From Cupriavidus necator (lineage in GTDB: Bacteria > Pseudomonadota > Gammaproteobacteria > Burkholderiales > Burkholderiaceae), in NCBI RefSeq assembly GCF_016127575.1, contig NZ_CP066019.1:720001-752000 (forward strand): a stretch of DNA of 32,000 bases. Direction: 5' to 3'. Of this stretch, positions 1-8,375 are shown in pieces. The notes under the pieces are model-generated. The model saw only the letters and a list, made by a program, of their open reading frames with translations. It made no database searches and was not told the origin of the DNA. How positions within the stretch are numbered: position 1 is the first letter of the stretch; the number at the start of each line of letters is the position of its first letter. Position numbers and translations under genes: made by a program.

Positions 1-643
1 ATGAATTGATGGTGTCGGCCATGAACTGCACCTGTCCGCTGGCCAGGTCGGTCAGTGCCGGCGCGCTGCCCTTGTAGGGCGCATGCACTGCCGACAGACC
101 GTTGGCCTGCAGGAACATGAAGGCCGCCAGGTGCGTCACGTTGCCGTTGCCGGCCGAGCCGTAGGTGAGCTTGTCGGGGTTGGCCTTCAGGTACTGGATG
201 AACTCTTTCACGTTCTGTACCGGCAGCTGCGCGTTGACCTCCAGCACCAGCGGCACCATTGCCGTCAGCGCCACCGGCGCGAAATCGCGTTTCACGTCGT
301 AGCTGAGCTTGCGGTAGAGCGCCGGGCTCAGCGCGATCGACGAGGTGTTGTACAGCACCGTATAGCCGTCGGCCGGCGCCTTGGCGACGATCTCCGCGCC
401 GATATTGCCGTTGGCGCCGGGCCGGTTGTCGACCAGCACCTGCTGGCCGAGCGTCTCGCTCATGCGCCGTGCGATCACGCGCGACACCAGGTCGGTCGGG
501 CCGCCCGGCGGGAACGGCACCACCATGCGGATCGGGTGCGACGGGTAGGCGGCATCGGCCGCCGCCGCCGGCTGCGCCAGCATCGCCGGCAATACGATGG
601 CTGCCGCGGCAGCCAGTGTCGTGATGAAAGTCTTTGCCTTCAT
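1..643 (-). CDS. Bug/TctC-family periplasmic (tricarboxylate-type) substrate-binding protein, partial; the C-terminus lies outside the window
   Basis: Absent from the ORF track because it runs off the window edge. Reverse complement from the ATG at 641-643, preceded by SD GGAGGAGA, reads MKAKTFITTLAAAAAIVLPAMLAQPAAAADAAYPSHPIRMVVPFPPGGPTDLVSRVIARRMSETLGQQVLVDNRPGANGNIG... This is a signal peptide followed by the PI..VVPF.PGG..D and NRPGA.G motifs typical of Bug proteins. Confidence 0.85.
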   Translation of the reverse strand, partial: MKAKTFITTLAAAAAIVLPAMLAQPAAAADAAYPSHPIRMVVPFPPGGPTDLVSRVIARRMSETLGQQVLVDNRPGANGNIGAEIVAKAPADGYTVLYNTSSIALSPALYRKLSYDVKRDFAPVALTAMVPLVLEVNAQLPVQNVKEFIQYLKANPDKLTYGSAGNGNVTHLAAFMFLQANGLSAVHAPYKGSAPALTDLASGQVQFMADTINS

Positions 644-693
644 GTGCTTGTCTCCTCCATCCATGCAGCCACGCGGCGGATGCCGCCGTGGGT

Positions 694-1155
694 TCAGCGT
701 CCCGCCAGCAACCGGCGCGCGGTGTAGGTCATGACCTGCTCCCCGCGCTGGTTGAACACCTCGATGCGCGAATCCACCACCGCCCGGCCGTTGCGCGAAG
801 TGGGGCGGATGCCGGTCACGGTCACGGTGGCGTGGATGGTGTCGCCCACCACCACCGGGGCGTGGATCTGCTGCGTGAGTTCCAGCATGGCCAGCCCGGT
901 GCCCTGGATCATGGTCTGCAGGATGAAGCCCTCGATCAGCGTGTAGGTCAGCGCCGCCGGCACCGGCCGGCCCTGGATGGCGCCACCGTCATAGCCGGCT
1001 TCGATGAAGATGGCCTCGACCATGCCGGTGACGGAGATGAAATTGACCAGGTCGGTCTCGGTCACGGTACGGGCGAAGGTGCGGAAGGCCTGGCCCTCCT
1101 GCAGGTCCTGCCAGTAGAAGCCCTGGCCGAGGCGGGGCAGTTCTGCATGCTTCAT
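694..1155 (-). CDS. MaoC-like (R)-specific enoyl-CoA hydratase/dehydratase, hot-dog fold
   Basis: 153-aa ORF (MKHAELPRLGQGFYWQDLQEGQAFRTFARTVTETDLVNFISVTG...) with the size and N-terminal pattern of MaoC dehydratase family proteins. Its ATG overlaps the upstream stop as ATGA, and its SD AAGGAGA sits in the 3' end of the CoA-transferase gene. Confidence 0.85.
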   Translation of the reverse strand: MKHAELPRLGQGFYWQDLQEGQAFRTFARTVTETDLVNFISVTGMVEAIFIEAGYDGGAIQGRPVPAALTYTLIEGFILQTMIQGTGLAMLELTQQIHAPVVVGDTIHATVTVTGIRPTSRNGRAVVDSRIEVFNQRGEQVMTYTARRLLAGR

Positions 1156-2375
1156 GGTGTCTCCTTGGCGGGTGCGCAGCGTGCGGCACCGCTTAGTTGC
1201 AATTGCGCGATCGCTTCTGCGGACAGTCCCGCCTGGGCCAGCACGCTCGCGGTGTGCTCGCCCAGCCGCGGCGGGATGCCCAGCGGCGCGCGCTGGCTGT
1301 CGAAACGCACCGGCGCGCCGGGAAAACGCAGCGTGCCCATGGCCGGGTCTTCGACGGTTTCGAAGAAGCCAGTGGCGGCCAGGTGCGGATCGGCCGGCAG
1401 GTCGTCGAGTTCATTGATGCGCGCCACCGGGATCTGCAGGCGTTCGCACAGGTCAACCCAGTGCGCGGTGGTCTGTCCGTGCACGATTTCGCCGGTGAGC
1501 TCGTACAGCGTCTCGATATGCCGCGTGCGTGCCGCGATGTCGGCAAAGCGCGCATCGGCGGCCAGCTCGGGGCGCCCGGCGGCGTGGAAGAAGTCGCACC
1601 AGTGCGCGTCGGTGTACGGCATCATGCAGACATAGCCGTCGGCGCTGCGGTACGGGCGGCGCAGCGGTGCCAGCACGCGCGGATAGCCGCTGGGGCCGCG
1701 CGGCGGCTCGAAATGGCGGCCGTAGAAGTGCTCGACCAGGTTGAAGGCGACCATGGATTCGAACATCGGCACTTCGACCAGCGTGCCGTGGCCGCTGCCG
1801 CCATCGGCATTGCGCCGCGCGCGCCCGGCCAGCGCCGCGCAGACCGACAGCGCGGCCACCAGCCCGCTGGTCTTGTCCGCGGCGATGGTAGGGAAGTAGC
1901 GGCTGTCGCCGGTTTGCGCCGCCATCAGCGCGGCATTGCCCGACAGGCCCTGGATGATGTCGTCGTACGCCGGGCGGCCGCCATAGGGGCCTTCCTCGGC
2001 AAAGCCGAGCAGGCTGACAAAGACCAGCTCCGGGTGGCGCGCCCGCACGTCGTCGGGTGCCAGCCCCAGTGCGGCCAGCTTTTGCGGGCGCATGCTGTGC
2101 ATCAGCACGTCGGCGCCGGCCAGCACGCGGTCCAGCGCGGCCTGCGCGGCCGGCTGCTTCAGGTCCAGCACCACGCTGCGCTTGCTGCGGTTCACGCCCA
2201 GGAAAATGGCCGCCATGCCGGGCTCGGCGGCGGGGCCGGTGCGGCGCGTGGAATCGCCTTCGGGCGGCTCGACCTTGATCACCTCGGCGCCAAGGTCGGC
2301 CAGCCACTGGCTGGCATACGGCCCCATCACCACGGTGGACAGGTCGACCACGCGGATGCCTGCAAGCGGCAGCAT
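1152..2375 (-). CDS. Family III CoA-transferase (CaiB/BaiF/Frc type)
   Basis: 407-aa ORF. The N-terminus MLPLAGIRVVDLSTVVMGPYASQWLADLGAEVIKVEPPEGDSTRR is the classic family III CoA-transferase opening (G.RV.D......GP........GA.VIKVE.P.GD..R). Confidence 0.9.
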   Translation of the reverse strand: MLPLAGIRVVDLSTVVMGPYASQWLADLGAEVIKVEPPEGDSTRRTGPAAEPGMAAIFLGVNRSKRSVVLDLKQPAAQAALDRVLAGADVLMHSMRPQKLAALGLAPDDVRARHPELVFVSLLGFAEEGPYGGRPAYDDIIQGLSGNAALMAAQTGDSRYFPTIAADKTSGLVAALSVCAALAGRARRNADGGSGHGTLVEVPMFESMVAFNLVEHFYGRHFEPPRGPSGYPRVLAPLRRPYRSADGYVCMMPYTDAHWCDFFHAAGRPELAADARFADIAARTRHIETLYELTGEIVHGQTTAHWVDLCERLQIPVARINELDDLPADPHLAATGFFETVEDPAMGTLRFPGAPVRFDSQRAPLGIPPRLGEHTASVLAQAGLSAEAIAQLQLSGAARCAPAKETP

Positions 2376-2481
2376 GTTGTCTCCGATCTTGTTGACTGTG
2401 GGGCACAGGGTAGATCAGCAGGCGAGGCTTGGTCTAATATTAGTTTTTTAGAAATCGATATTCACAGGATATTAACGAGCC
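2376..2481. promoter_or_regulatory. Divergent promoter/operator region between the CoA-transferase operon and the LysR gene
   Basis: 106-bp AT-enriched spacer. It contains a perfect 10-bp palindrome CTAATATTAG (about 2434-2443) and a direct repeat GATATT (about 2457-2462 and 2468-2473) just upstream of the LysR ATG. A divergent LysR next to its target operon is the standard layout. No experimental support. Confidence 0.4.
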
Positions 2482-3372
2482 ATGGACTTCCGCCAGCTGC
2501 AGCAGTTCGTCGCCCTGGCCGAGACGGGCAACTTCCACCGCGCCGCTGAACGCCTGCACATGGCGCAGCCGCCGCTTTCCATTTCCATCCGCAAGCTCGA
2601 GGACCAGCTTGGCACGGCGCTGTTCGTGCGCACCTCGCGCGGGGTGAGGCTGACGCAGGCGGGCGAGGCTGCGCTGCACGATGCGCGCCGTGCACTGTTC
2701 CATGCGCAGCAGGCACGTGCCGCCGCGATCGCCGCGGGGCAGGGCGAGCGCGGCGCGCTGCGCATCGGCTTTATCGGCTCGGCGACGTATGCGCTGCTGC
2801 CCAAGCTGATCCCGGCGTTCCGCGCGGCGCATCCCGGCATCGAGCTGATCCTGCATGAATCCACCACCGCCGCGATCCTGGACCGCCTGGAAAAGCACCA
2901 GATCGACGCCGGCCTGGTGCGCTTTCCGATCCTGAACACCGGCAACTATTCGCTGACGCCGCTGGAAAACGACGTCTTTGTCGCGGCAGTCCCGGCTGAC
3001 AGTCCGCTGGCAGGCGCAGACGCCATCCCGCTGCGCGCGCTTGCGGACGAGCCCTTCATCATGTATCCGGCGGCGCAGGTGCCCAACCTGCACGCGGTGG
3101 CAATGCTGCTGTGCCAGCAGGCGGGCTTTGTGCCGCGTGTCACGCAGGAGGCGGTGCAGGTGCAGACCCAGGTCAGCCTGGTCGAGAGCGGGCTTGGCGT
3201 GGCCCTGGTGCCGAGCGTGGCGGCGCGCTACGCCAACCGGCGCGTGCGCTTCCTGCCATTGTCCAGCCCGCGGCCGGCCGGGCGCATCGGCATTGCGCTG
3301 GCGGCGCGGCCCGATGACGGCGACCGCCAGGTGCAGCGCTTCCTGGCGGCGGCGCAGGCGGCAGTGAACTGA
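2482..3372 (+). CDS. LysR-family transcriptional regulator
   Basis: 296-aa ORF. The N-terminal HTH MDFRQLQQFVALAETGNFHRAAERLHMAQPPLSISIRKLEDQLGTALFVR is canonical LysR. It is divergent from the CoA-transferase operon. Confidence 0.93.
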   Translation: MDFRQLQQFVALAETGNFHRAAERLHMAQPPLSISIRKLEDQLGTALFVRTSRGVRLTQAGEAALHDARRALFHAQQARAAAIAAGQGERGALRIGFIGSATYALLPKLIPAFRAAHPGIELILHESTTAAILDRLEKHQIDAGLVRFPILNTGNYSLTPLENDVFVAAVPADSPLAGADAIPLRALADEPFIMYPAAQVPNLHAVAMLLCQQAGFVPRVTQEAVQVQTQVSLVESGLGVALVPSVAARYANRRVRFLPLSSPRPAGRIGIALAARPDDGDRQVQRFLAAAQAAVN

Positions 3373-3391
3373 TGCGGGGTGGTGCGGCGCC

Positions 3392-4588
3392 TCAGGCGGC
3401 GCGCGGGCGCGGCGCGCGCGGCCGCACAGCCGGGGTCACGCTGGCGCGCTCCAGGTTCACGCCCGGCAGCAGGTGCAGCAGCCGCACCAGCTCTGACTGG
3501 CGATGCGTGCCGGTCTTGCGCAGCGTGTCGCGGATATGCACGCGCACGGTGTGGGGAGAGAGAAATTCGCGCTCGGCAATCTCGTTGAGGGTTTCGCCGG
3601 CAGCCAGGCGGACCGCGATAATGCTCTCCTTGCGCGACAGCCCGAACAGCGAGGTCAGCACGCCGGCATCCAGCACCGAGCGCGATTCCGAGTTGCCGAA
3701 CAGCATCATCGCGGCCGGCAGCTGCCACGGGCCCTCCACCGGCTGGCGCGACACCAGCGGCGTGACGATGATCGGCACCGGCTGTCCGCCGGAGGTGATG
3801 TGCATCCACGAGCCGGAGGCCGCCTCAGTGCCGCGCGCGCGCATGGCACCGTCAAGCAGCTTGCGCAGCACCGCCTGCAGGGTCTCGCTGTGGGCGCGCA
3901 GCACGCCGCCCTGCAGCGACAGGTGGCCGTCGGCCTGCACCAGCGCCTCGGCCCAGCTGTTGGCATAGCGCACGCGCAGGTCGGCCTGCAGCACCATCAC
4001 GCCGAAGTCCAGCGTATCCAGCCCGGCCAGTCCCAGGCTGGCCAGTCCGCTCAGCTCGAAGTTGCGCTGCTGCATCCGTGCCGCGCGCACCCAGTGCGGC
4101 ATCACGTGGGCCAGGCGCCGCTCGCGCTGGCCCACGCTGATGCTGCCCGCGCTGGTGCCGCTCATCAGCACGCAAACCTCGGCGTTCTCGATCAGGCGGA
4201 TGCCTTGTTCCAGTCCGCTGCAGGCCAGCGCAGCCGTGGCCGCATCCGCCATGCCGCCATGGTGCGAGGCCACCAGCGCGGCGGCACCGTCGCAGGCCAG
4301 CGCGGGGGCGTCATTGGGGGCGCAGCAAGCGCCCGCATGGGGCAGGTCGAGCGGACCGGGCAGCCAGTCGGGCATGCTGGCGCCGCTGGTGAAGCAGCCG
4401 TGCGGGGTCACGCCAAGGCGGGCGTGGCCGGCCAGCTTGTCCCAGATCAGGTAACGCGGGCTGCCTGTGCAGGTGTATCGGGAAAAGAGGTCGAGGGCGG
4501 CGGGCATGGCCGCAACGTCCAGCGCGGACTCGTAGATTGAGTCGACCAGACGATGGAAGTCCTCGTCCGTAGTCGGGTGTTCGCCCAT
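3392..4588 (-). CDS. LuxR-family (HTH, GerE-type C-terminus) transcriptional regulator with a long N-terminal sensor region
   Basis: The C-terminus LSRKESIIAVRLAAGETLNEIAEREFLSPHTVRVHIRDTLRKTGTHRQSELVRLL is a LuxR/GerE HTH. The track ORF extends to 4744 (TTG). I prefer the ATG at 4588 (MGEHPTTDEDF...), which has GGGGGA 7-8 nt upstream. The start remains uncertain. Confidence 0.85.
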   Translation of the reverse strand: MGEHPTTDEDFHRLVDSIYESALDVAAMPAALDLFSRYTCTGSPRYLIWDKLAGHARLGVTPHGCFTSGASMPDWLPGPLDLPHAGACCAPNDAPALACDGAAALVASHHGGMADAATAALACSGLEQGIRLIENAEVCVLMSGTSAGSISVGQRERRLAHVMPHWVRAARMQQRNFELSGLASLGLAGLDTLDFGVMVLQADLRVRYANSWAEALVQADGHLSLQGGVLRAHSETLQAVLRKLLDGAMRARGTEAASGSWMHITSGGQPVPIIVTPLVSRQPVEGPWQLPAAMMLFGNSESRSVLDAGVLTSLFGLSRKESIIAVRLAAGETLNEIAEREFLSPHTVRVHIRDTLRKTGTHRQSELVRLLHLLPGVNLERASVTPAVRPRAPRPRAA

Positions 4589-4999
4589 GTTCAGATCCCC
4601 CCGGTGGCAAACGCCTATTGCTCTGTGCCACGGCAAGTGGCTACATCTTTTTGTGTTATCGGTTCCGTTCTGGCGTTCTGCATCTGCGCCGATACGGATG
4701 CTGCTGGCGGCGCGCATTGTCCCGTCATGTCCGCCGTAACGCAATCATGCCAAACAATGTTGTTTGTTTTATCCCCCGTATCGGGGGGGAAAATACGGAT
4801 TGCACGGCGTAACTCCCCGCCAGGCCAGGCAGGGACGTGATCATGCCGCAGCGCGATGGTAGCGCCCCGGAAAAAAAGGAATTTTCAGCACTGAAATAGT
4901 GCGCGACGTTCCACATGCGCCACGATTCTGTTGGCGCTTGTGCCACAGGTTCAACGCAGCAAGAGCACAGTACTTGCTTGGGTGACAGCGTTGGCATAA

Positions 5000-5022
5000 T
5001 AATGCAGTCATTGACTGCATTA
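5000..5022. promoter_or_regulatory. Perfect 23-bp palindrome, candidate VapB operator
   Basis: TAATGCAGTCA-T-TGACTGCATTA has 11-bp perfect arms and ends 12 nt upstream of the vapB ATG. It immediately follows a -10-like CATAAT (about 4995-5000), and SD GAGGG follows it. RHH antitoxins typically autoregulate through such palindromes. Confidence 0.6.
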
Positions 5023-5034
5023 ATGAGGGCAATC

Positions 5035-5289
5035 ATGCCGATCCTGACCGTTAGAAATGTGCCCGACGACGTGCATCGTGCGCTGCGGGTCCGTGCCGCC
5101 CGGAACGGACGCAGTACCGAGGCTGAGGTGCGTCAGATCCTGGCCAGCGCGGTGATGCCGCAGAAGCGCGTGCGCCTGGGCGATGCGCTGGCGATGCTTG
5201 GCCGCGAGATCGGCCTGTCGAATGCGGACGTTGAAGCGATCGGGCAGGGCAAGGACAAGGCAGCGGCCGAGCCGGTGAGGTTTGAATGA
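5035..5289 (+). CDS. vapB: Ribbon-helix-helix (Arc/FitA/StbC-like) antitoxin of a VapBC-type TA pair
   Basis: MPILTVRNVPDDVHRALRVRAARNGRSTEAEVRQILASAV... is the typical RHH antitoxin N-terminus. The gene is 84 aa. Its stop overlaps the toxin ATG as ATGA (5286-5289). The start at 5035 is chosen over 5023 or 4915 because of the SD GAGGG. Confidence 0.85.
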   Translation: MPILTVRNVPDDVHRALRVRAARNGRSTEAEVRQILASAVMPQKRVRLGDALAMLGREIGLSNADVEAIGQGKDKAAAEPVRFE

Positions 5290-5714
5290 TCGTCCTGGAT
5301 ACCAACGTTATTTCCGAGGCCATGAAGCCGGAACCGGCCGATGCCGTGCGCGGCTGGCTCAACGACCAGGCCGCCGAGACCTTGTACCTGTCCAGTGTGA
5401 CGCTGGCCGAACTGCTGTTCGGCATCGGCGCGCTGCCGGCGGACAGGCGCCGCGCCATGCTGGCCGCTGCGCTGGACGGCCTGGTGACGCTGTTCGAAGG
5501 GCGCATCTTGCCGTTCGACACGAATGCGGCCCGGCACTATGCGGAACTCGCCGTTGCCGCCAGAAGCCGTGGCCGCGGCCTTCCCGCGCCGGATGGCTAC
5601 ATCGCCGCGATTGCCGCGGCCAACGGCATGATGGTCGCGACACGGGACGTGTCGCCCTTTGAAGCGGCCGGGCTGCAGGTGCTCAATCCGTGGCAGGCGC
5701 CGCCTCCGTCGTGA
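5286..5714 (+). CDS. vapC: PIN-domain toxin, VapC/FitB family
   Basis: 142 aa. It opens MIVLDTNVISEAMKPEP (a conserved Asp in the first beta-strand) and carries later acidic positions (...LPFDTNAA..., ...APDGYIAAIA..., ...ATRDVSPF...) as in VapC PIN nucleases. It is translationally coupled to the RHH antitoxin. Confidence 0.9.
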   Translation: MIVLDTNVISEAMKPEPADAVRGWLNDQAAETLYLSSVTLAELLFGIGALPADRRRAMLAAALDGLVTLFEGRILPFDTNAARHYAELAVAARSRGRGLPAPDGYIAAIAAANGMMVATRDVSPFEAAGLQVLNPWQAPPPS

Positions 5715-5741
5715 AGGGGAACGCCCGCGCCAACCGCGTTG

Positions 5742-8111
5742 CTACTGTCCCTGAATTGTCGGATCAGCCGCCCGTTGGGTGGCTTTTTCGTTGGCGGTTT
5801 CCGGATCCAGCAGTTGCGCCGCGCCGCCATCCACCTGGATCGTCAGGCTCGGCGATGCCATGCGGATGTCGTTGGCGTCGAAATTGCGCTTGAGCCGCGC
5901 ATTGAAGGCGCGCGTGATCTCGGCCTGCATCAGCGGCCGGGTCTTGAACTGTGCCATCACCACCGGGCCGTTCGGGTCGAACCGGTCCAGCCCCAGGACG
6001 TCCAGCCCCGACATCAGGTTGCGCGCGTAGCGATGGTCACGCGCCAGTTCGGCGCCGGTGGTGCGGATCAGCTCCAGCGCCTGGTCCAGGTCGCTCTGGT
6101 AGGTGATGCCGATGTTGAACACCGCGTAGCCATAGCCGCGCGACAGGTTCTTGACTGCCTTGATCTGGCTGTACGGCAGCGTGTGCAGCGCGCCGCGGCC
6201 GTCGCGCAGCTTGACCGTGCGGATGGTCATGGCTTCGACCACGCCGGCGTGGTCCGGCAGCTCGATCGAGTCGCCGATGGCGATGGAGTCCTCGACCACG
6301 ATGAACAGCCCCGTGATCAGGTCCTGCACCAGGCTTTGCGCGCCGAAGCCGATGGCCAGGCCGACCACGCCCGCGCCGGCCAGCAGCGGCGTCACATTGA
6401 CGCCCAGGTTGGCCAGCACCGCGATCACCGTGATCACCAGCAGGCCGATGAACGAGGCGTTGCGCACCAGCGGCAGGATGGTCTTGGCCCGCAGGCTGGG
6501 CTGCGCGCCGCGCCCGTGCGCCGGCGACAGTGATTGCATGATGGCGGTGTCGATCAGCAGCCAGACCAGCCAGGCCAGCAGCACGGTGCTGGTGACGCTG
6601 AAGACCGTCTCGGTGAGATGGCGGCCCGCGGCGGACGACTCGGCCAGGCGCACCAGCGACGTGCCCCAGACGCGCATCACCATCTCGATGAAGACCGCCC
6701 AGATCAGCACGCGCACCAGCGCCAGCGCAAAGCGCCCGAAGCGCTGCAGGTAGGCCGAGCGGCGGCGGTCGCGGATGCGCGGCGCGCGCGCGGTGGCCTT
6801 GGGCGAGTGCCCCACCACCATCGTCAGCAGCAGCCCGGCGAGGAACAGCGCCACCGATGCCACCGTGCGGCGCAGGAACACATCCGCATTGCCGGTGGCC
6901 AGGATGGTGCCGACCACCGATGCCACCACCACCGCCAGCACCGGCAGGTGCCAGGCCTGGCCGGCCAGCCGCAGCAGGTCGGTCACGGCCGGGCGGGCCT
7001 GGCGGAAGGCCAGCGGCCGCTGCCCGATCAGCTGGCCGATCTGCCGGCGGAAACACAGCGCGAACGCGCCGATGCCCAGTGCCGCGGCGATATTGGCCAC
7101 GGTGGCCACCAGCGCGCACAGGTTGGTGCCGAGCACGGCGATCACGCGGCTGTCGGTGGCGCCGTCGCCCAGTGCTGCCAGCGCCCCTGTGCAGAACAGC
7201 AGCCACGGTGAGTGCGCCAGCAGTTGCCGCACCGCCAGCTGCCGGTGCGCGGTGCGGAACAGCGTGAAGATGACCTGGCACACCGCTGCCGCGATCGCAC
7301 CGGCCACGATCGCATACGCCACCAGCACGGCGGCGACGCTGGCTGGCGATTGGGCAAACATGTGTTGGGCCAGCAGCAACGTCAGCCCGAATGCCACCAC
7401 CCACGGCCCGATATGGCGCAGCATGAAGACGCCGACGTCGACCCACGATGGCAGCTCGGGCAGCTTGCCGCGCTCGGCGCGCGTGGGTTTGCCCGCGCGC
7501 CGGCGCCGGATGCGGTGGCCGATCTCCCACAAGGCCCCGCCGCTCACCGCCCAGACTGTCAGCACCAGCGCGAATTCACGCAGCGAGGCCAGCGTCGTGC
7601 CGGTGCCGTTGTGGCTGAGCGCGGCGTGCCATTCCTCGCCCGCGAAGCGCGTGCGCCAGCGCCAGAACTGCCACGGGCCGCGATCCTCGCGCAGATGGGA
7701 ATCGACTTCGTCCAGCACTTCAGCGACGGCACCGATCAGGCCGGGCGCGGAGGCGCCGGCCGGGGCTGCCGCGGCGGAGGCGGGCGCGGCCCCGGAGGCA
7801 CCCAGCCCCTGGCGCATGGTTTGCAGCTGGCCCACCAGGGCGCGCCGCTCGCCGTCGTTCTGCAGCGTGGCGATCACCTGGTCCAGCGACTGCGCCAGCG
7901 GCACGCTGGCGGCGGGTGCGCTGGCCGGCGCCGCGGGTTTCTCCGCCTTGCCCAGCAGTGCCGCGAGGGAGCCGGCCGGGGTGGCGTGCGCCGGGATGGC
8001 GCACAGCAGCGTCAACAGCGCGGCCAGCATGGCGAGCGCACGCAGCACCGGCTGCAAGGCGGCATGCCAGCGGTGCGCAGGGGTGGGGGCGTGGTGTTCG
8101 GGTTTGTGCAT
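5742..8111 (-). CDS. Large mechanosensitive ion channel, MscS family (MscK/YbiO-like multi-TM architecture)
   Basis: The C-terminal third carries the MscS pore and beta domain (..LLAGAGVVGLAIGFGAQSLVQDLITGLFIVVEDSIAIGDSIEL..GVVEAMTIRTVKLRDGRGALHTLPYS..). It is preceded by many TM segments, an Ala/Pro-rich periplasmic N-domain and a signal-like N-terminus. The start is ambiguous: ATG at 8111 (MHKPEHH...) or GTG at 8168. Neither has a clear SD. Confidence 0.88.
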   Translation of the reverse strand: MHKPEHHAPTPAHRWHAALQPVLRALAMLAALLTLLCAIPAHATPAGSLAALLGKAEKPAAPASAPAASVPLAQSLDQVIATLQNDGERRALVGQLQTMRQGLGASGAAPASAAAAPAGASAPGLIGAVAEVLDEVDSHLREDRGPWQFWRWRTRFAGEEWHAALSHNGTGTTLASLREFALVLTVWAVSGGALWEIGHRIRRRRAGKPTRAERGKLPELPSWVDVGVFMLRHIGPWVVAFGLTLLLAQHMFAQSPASVAAVLVAYAIVAGAIAAAVCQVIFTLFRTAHRQLAVRQLLAHSPWLLFCTGALAALGDGATDSRVIAVLGTNLCALVATVANIAAALGIGAFALCFRRQIGQLIGQRPLAFRQARPAVTDLLRLAGQAWHLPVLAVVVASVVGTILATGNADVFLRRTVASVALFLAGLLLTMVVGHSPKATARAPRIRDRRRSAYLQRFGRFALALVRVLIWAVFIEMVMRVWGTSLVRLAESSAAGRHLTETVFSVTSTVLLAWLVWLLIDTAIMQSLSPAHGRGAQPSLRAKTILPLVRNASFIGLLVITVIAVLANLGVNVTPLLAGAGVVGLAIGFGAQSLVQDLITGLFIVVEDSIAIGDSIELPDHAGVVEAMTIRTVKLRDGRGALHTLPYSQIKAVKNLSRGYGYAVFNIGITYQSDLDQALELIRTTGAELARDHRYARNLMSGLDVLGLDRFDPNGPVVMAQFKTRPLMQAEITRAFNARLKRNFDANDIRMASPSLTIQVDGGAAQLLDPETANEKATQRAADPTIQGQ

Positions 8112-8375
8112 GGTTCGTAGTCGGTTGCCGGTGCCGGGCGGCGCCGGAATGGCCGTCGATCGCGTCACTGTAGCGCATCGGTCGCGCCGGGTGCCGGAGC
8201 GCGCCGCAGGCCCGCGCCATCCTCATTCGTCGCTTCGGACGATGCGTGGCAACGGCCGATCCACGAATCTCGACCCCACTCCGGTACAGGCGATTCTTGC
8301 GCCTGCCGGCTTTATCAGACCGCGGGGCCGCGCTGGATCCGGCCGGGCCAGGAACAAGAGACAAGGGAAAGACAT

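Noticed and set aside
4772-4790. The C5/G5 hairpin TCCCCCG-TAT-CGGGGGGGA looked like an intrinsic terminator.
   Set aside because: The T-rich tract lies upstream of the stem on the plus strand, and likewise on the minus strand. No U tract follows the stem in either orientation, and no convergent gene ends there. It is kept only as part of the repeat-rich spacer finding.
4870-4899. On the minus strand, the hairpin TTTCAG-TG-CTGAAA followed by a T7 run looked like a possible terminator of an antisense or sRNA transcript.
   Set aside because: It has a 6-bp AT-rich stem with a 2-nt loop, which is thermodynamically very weak. No upstream minus-strand transcript is evident.
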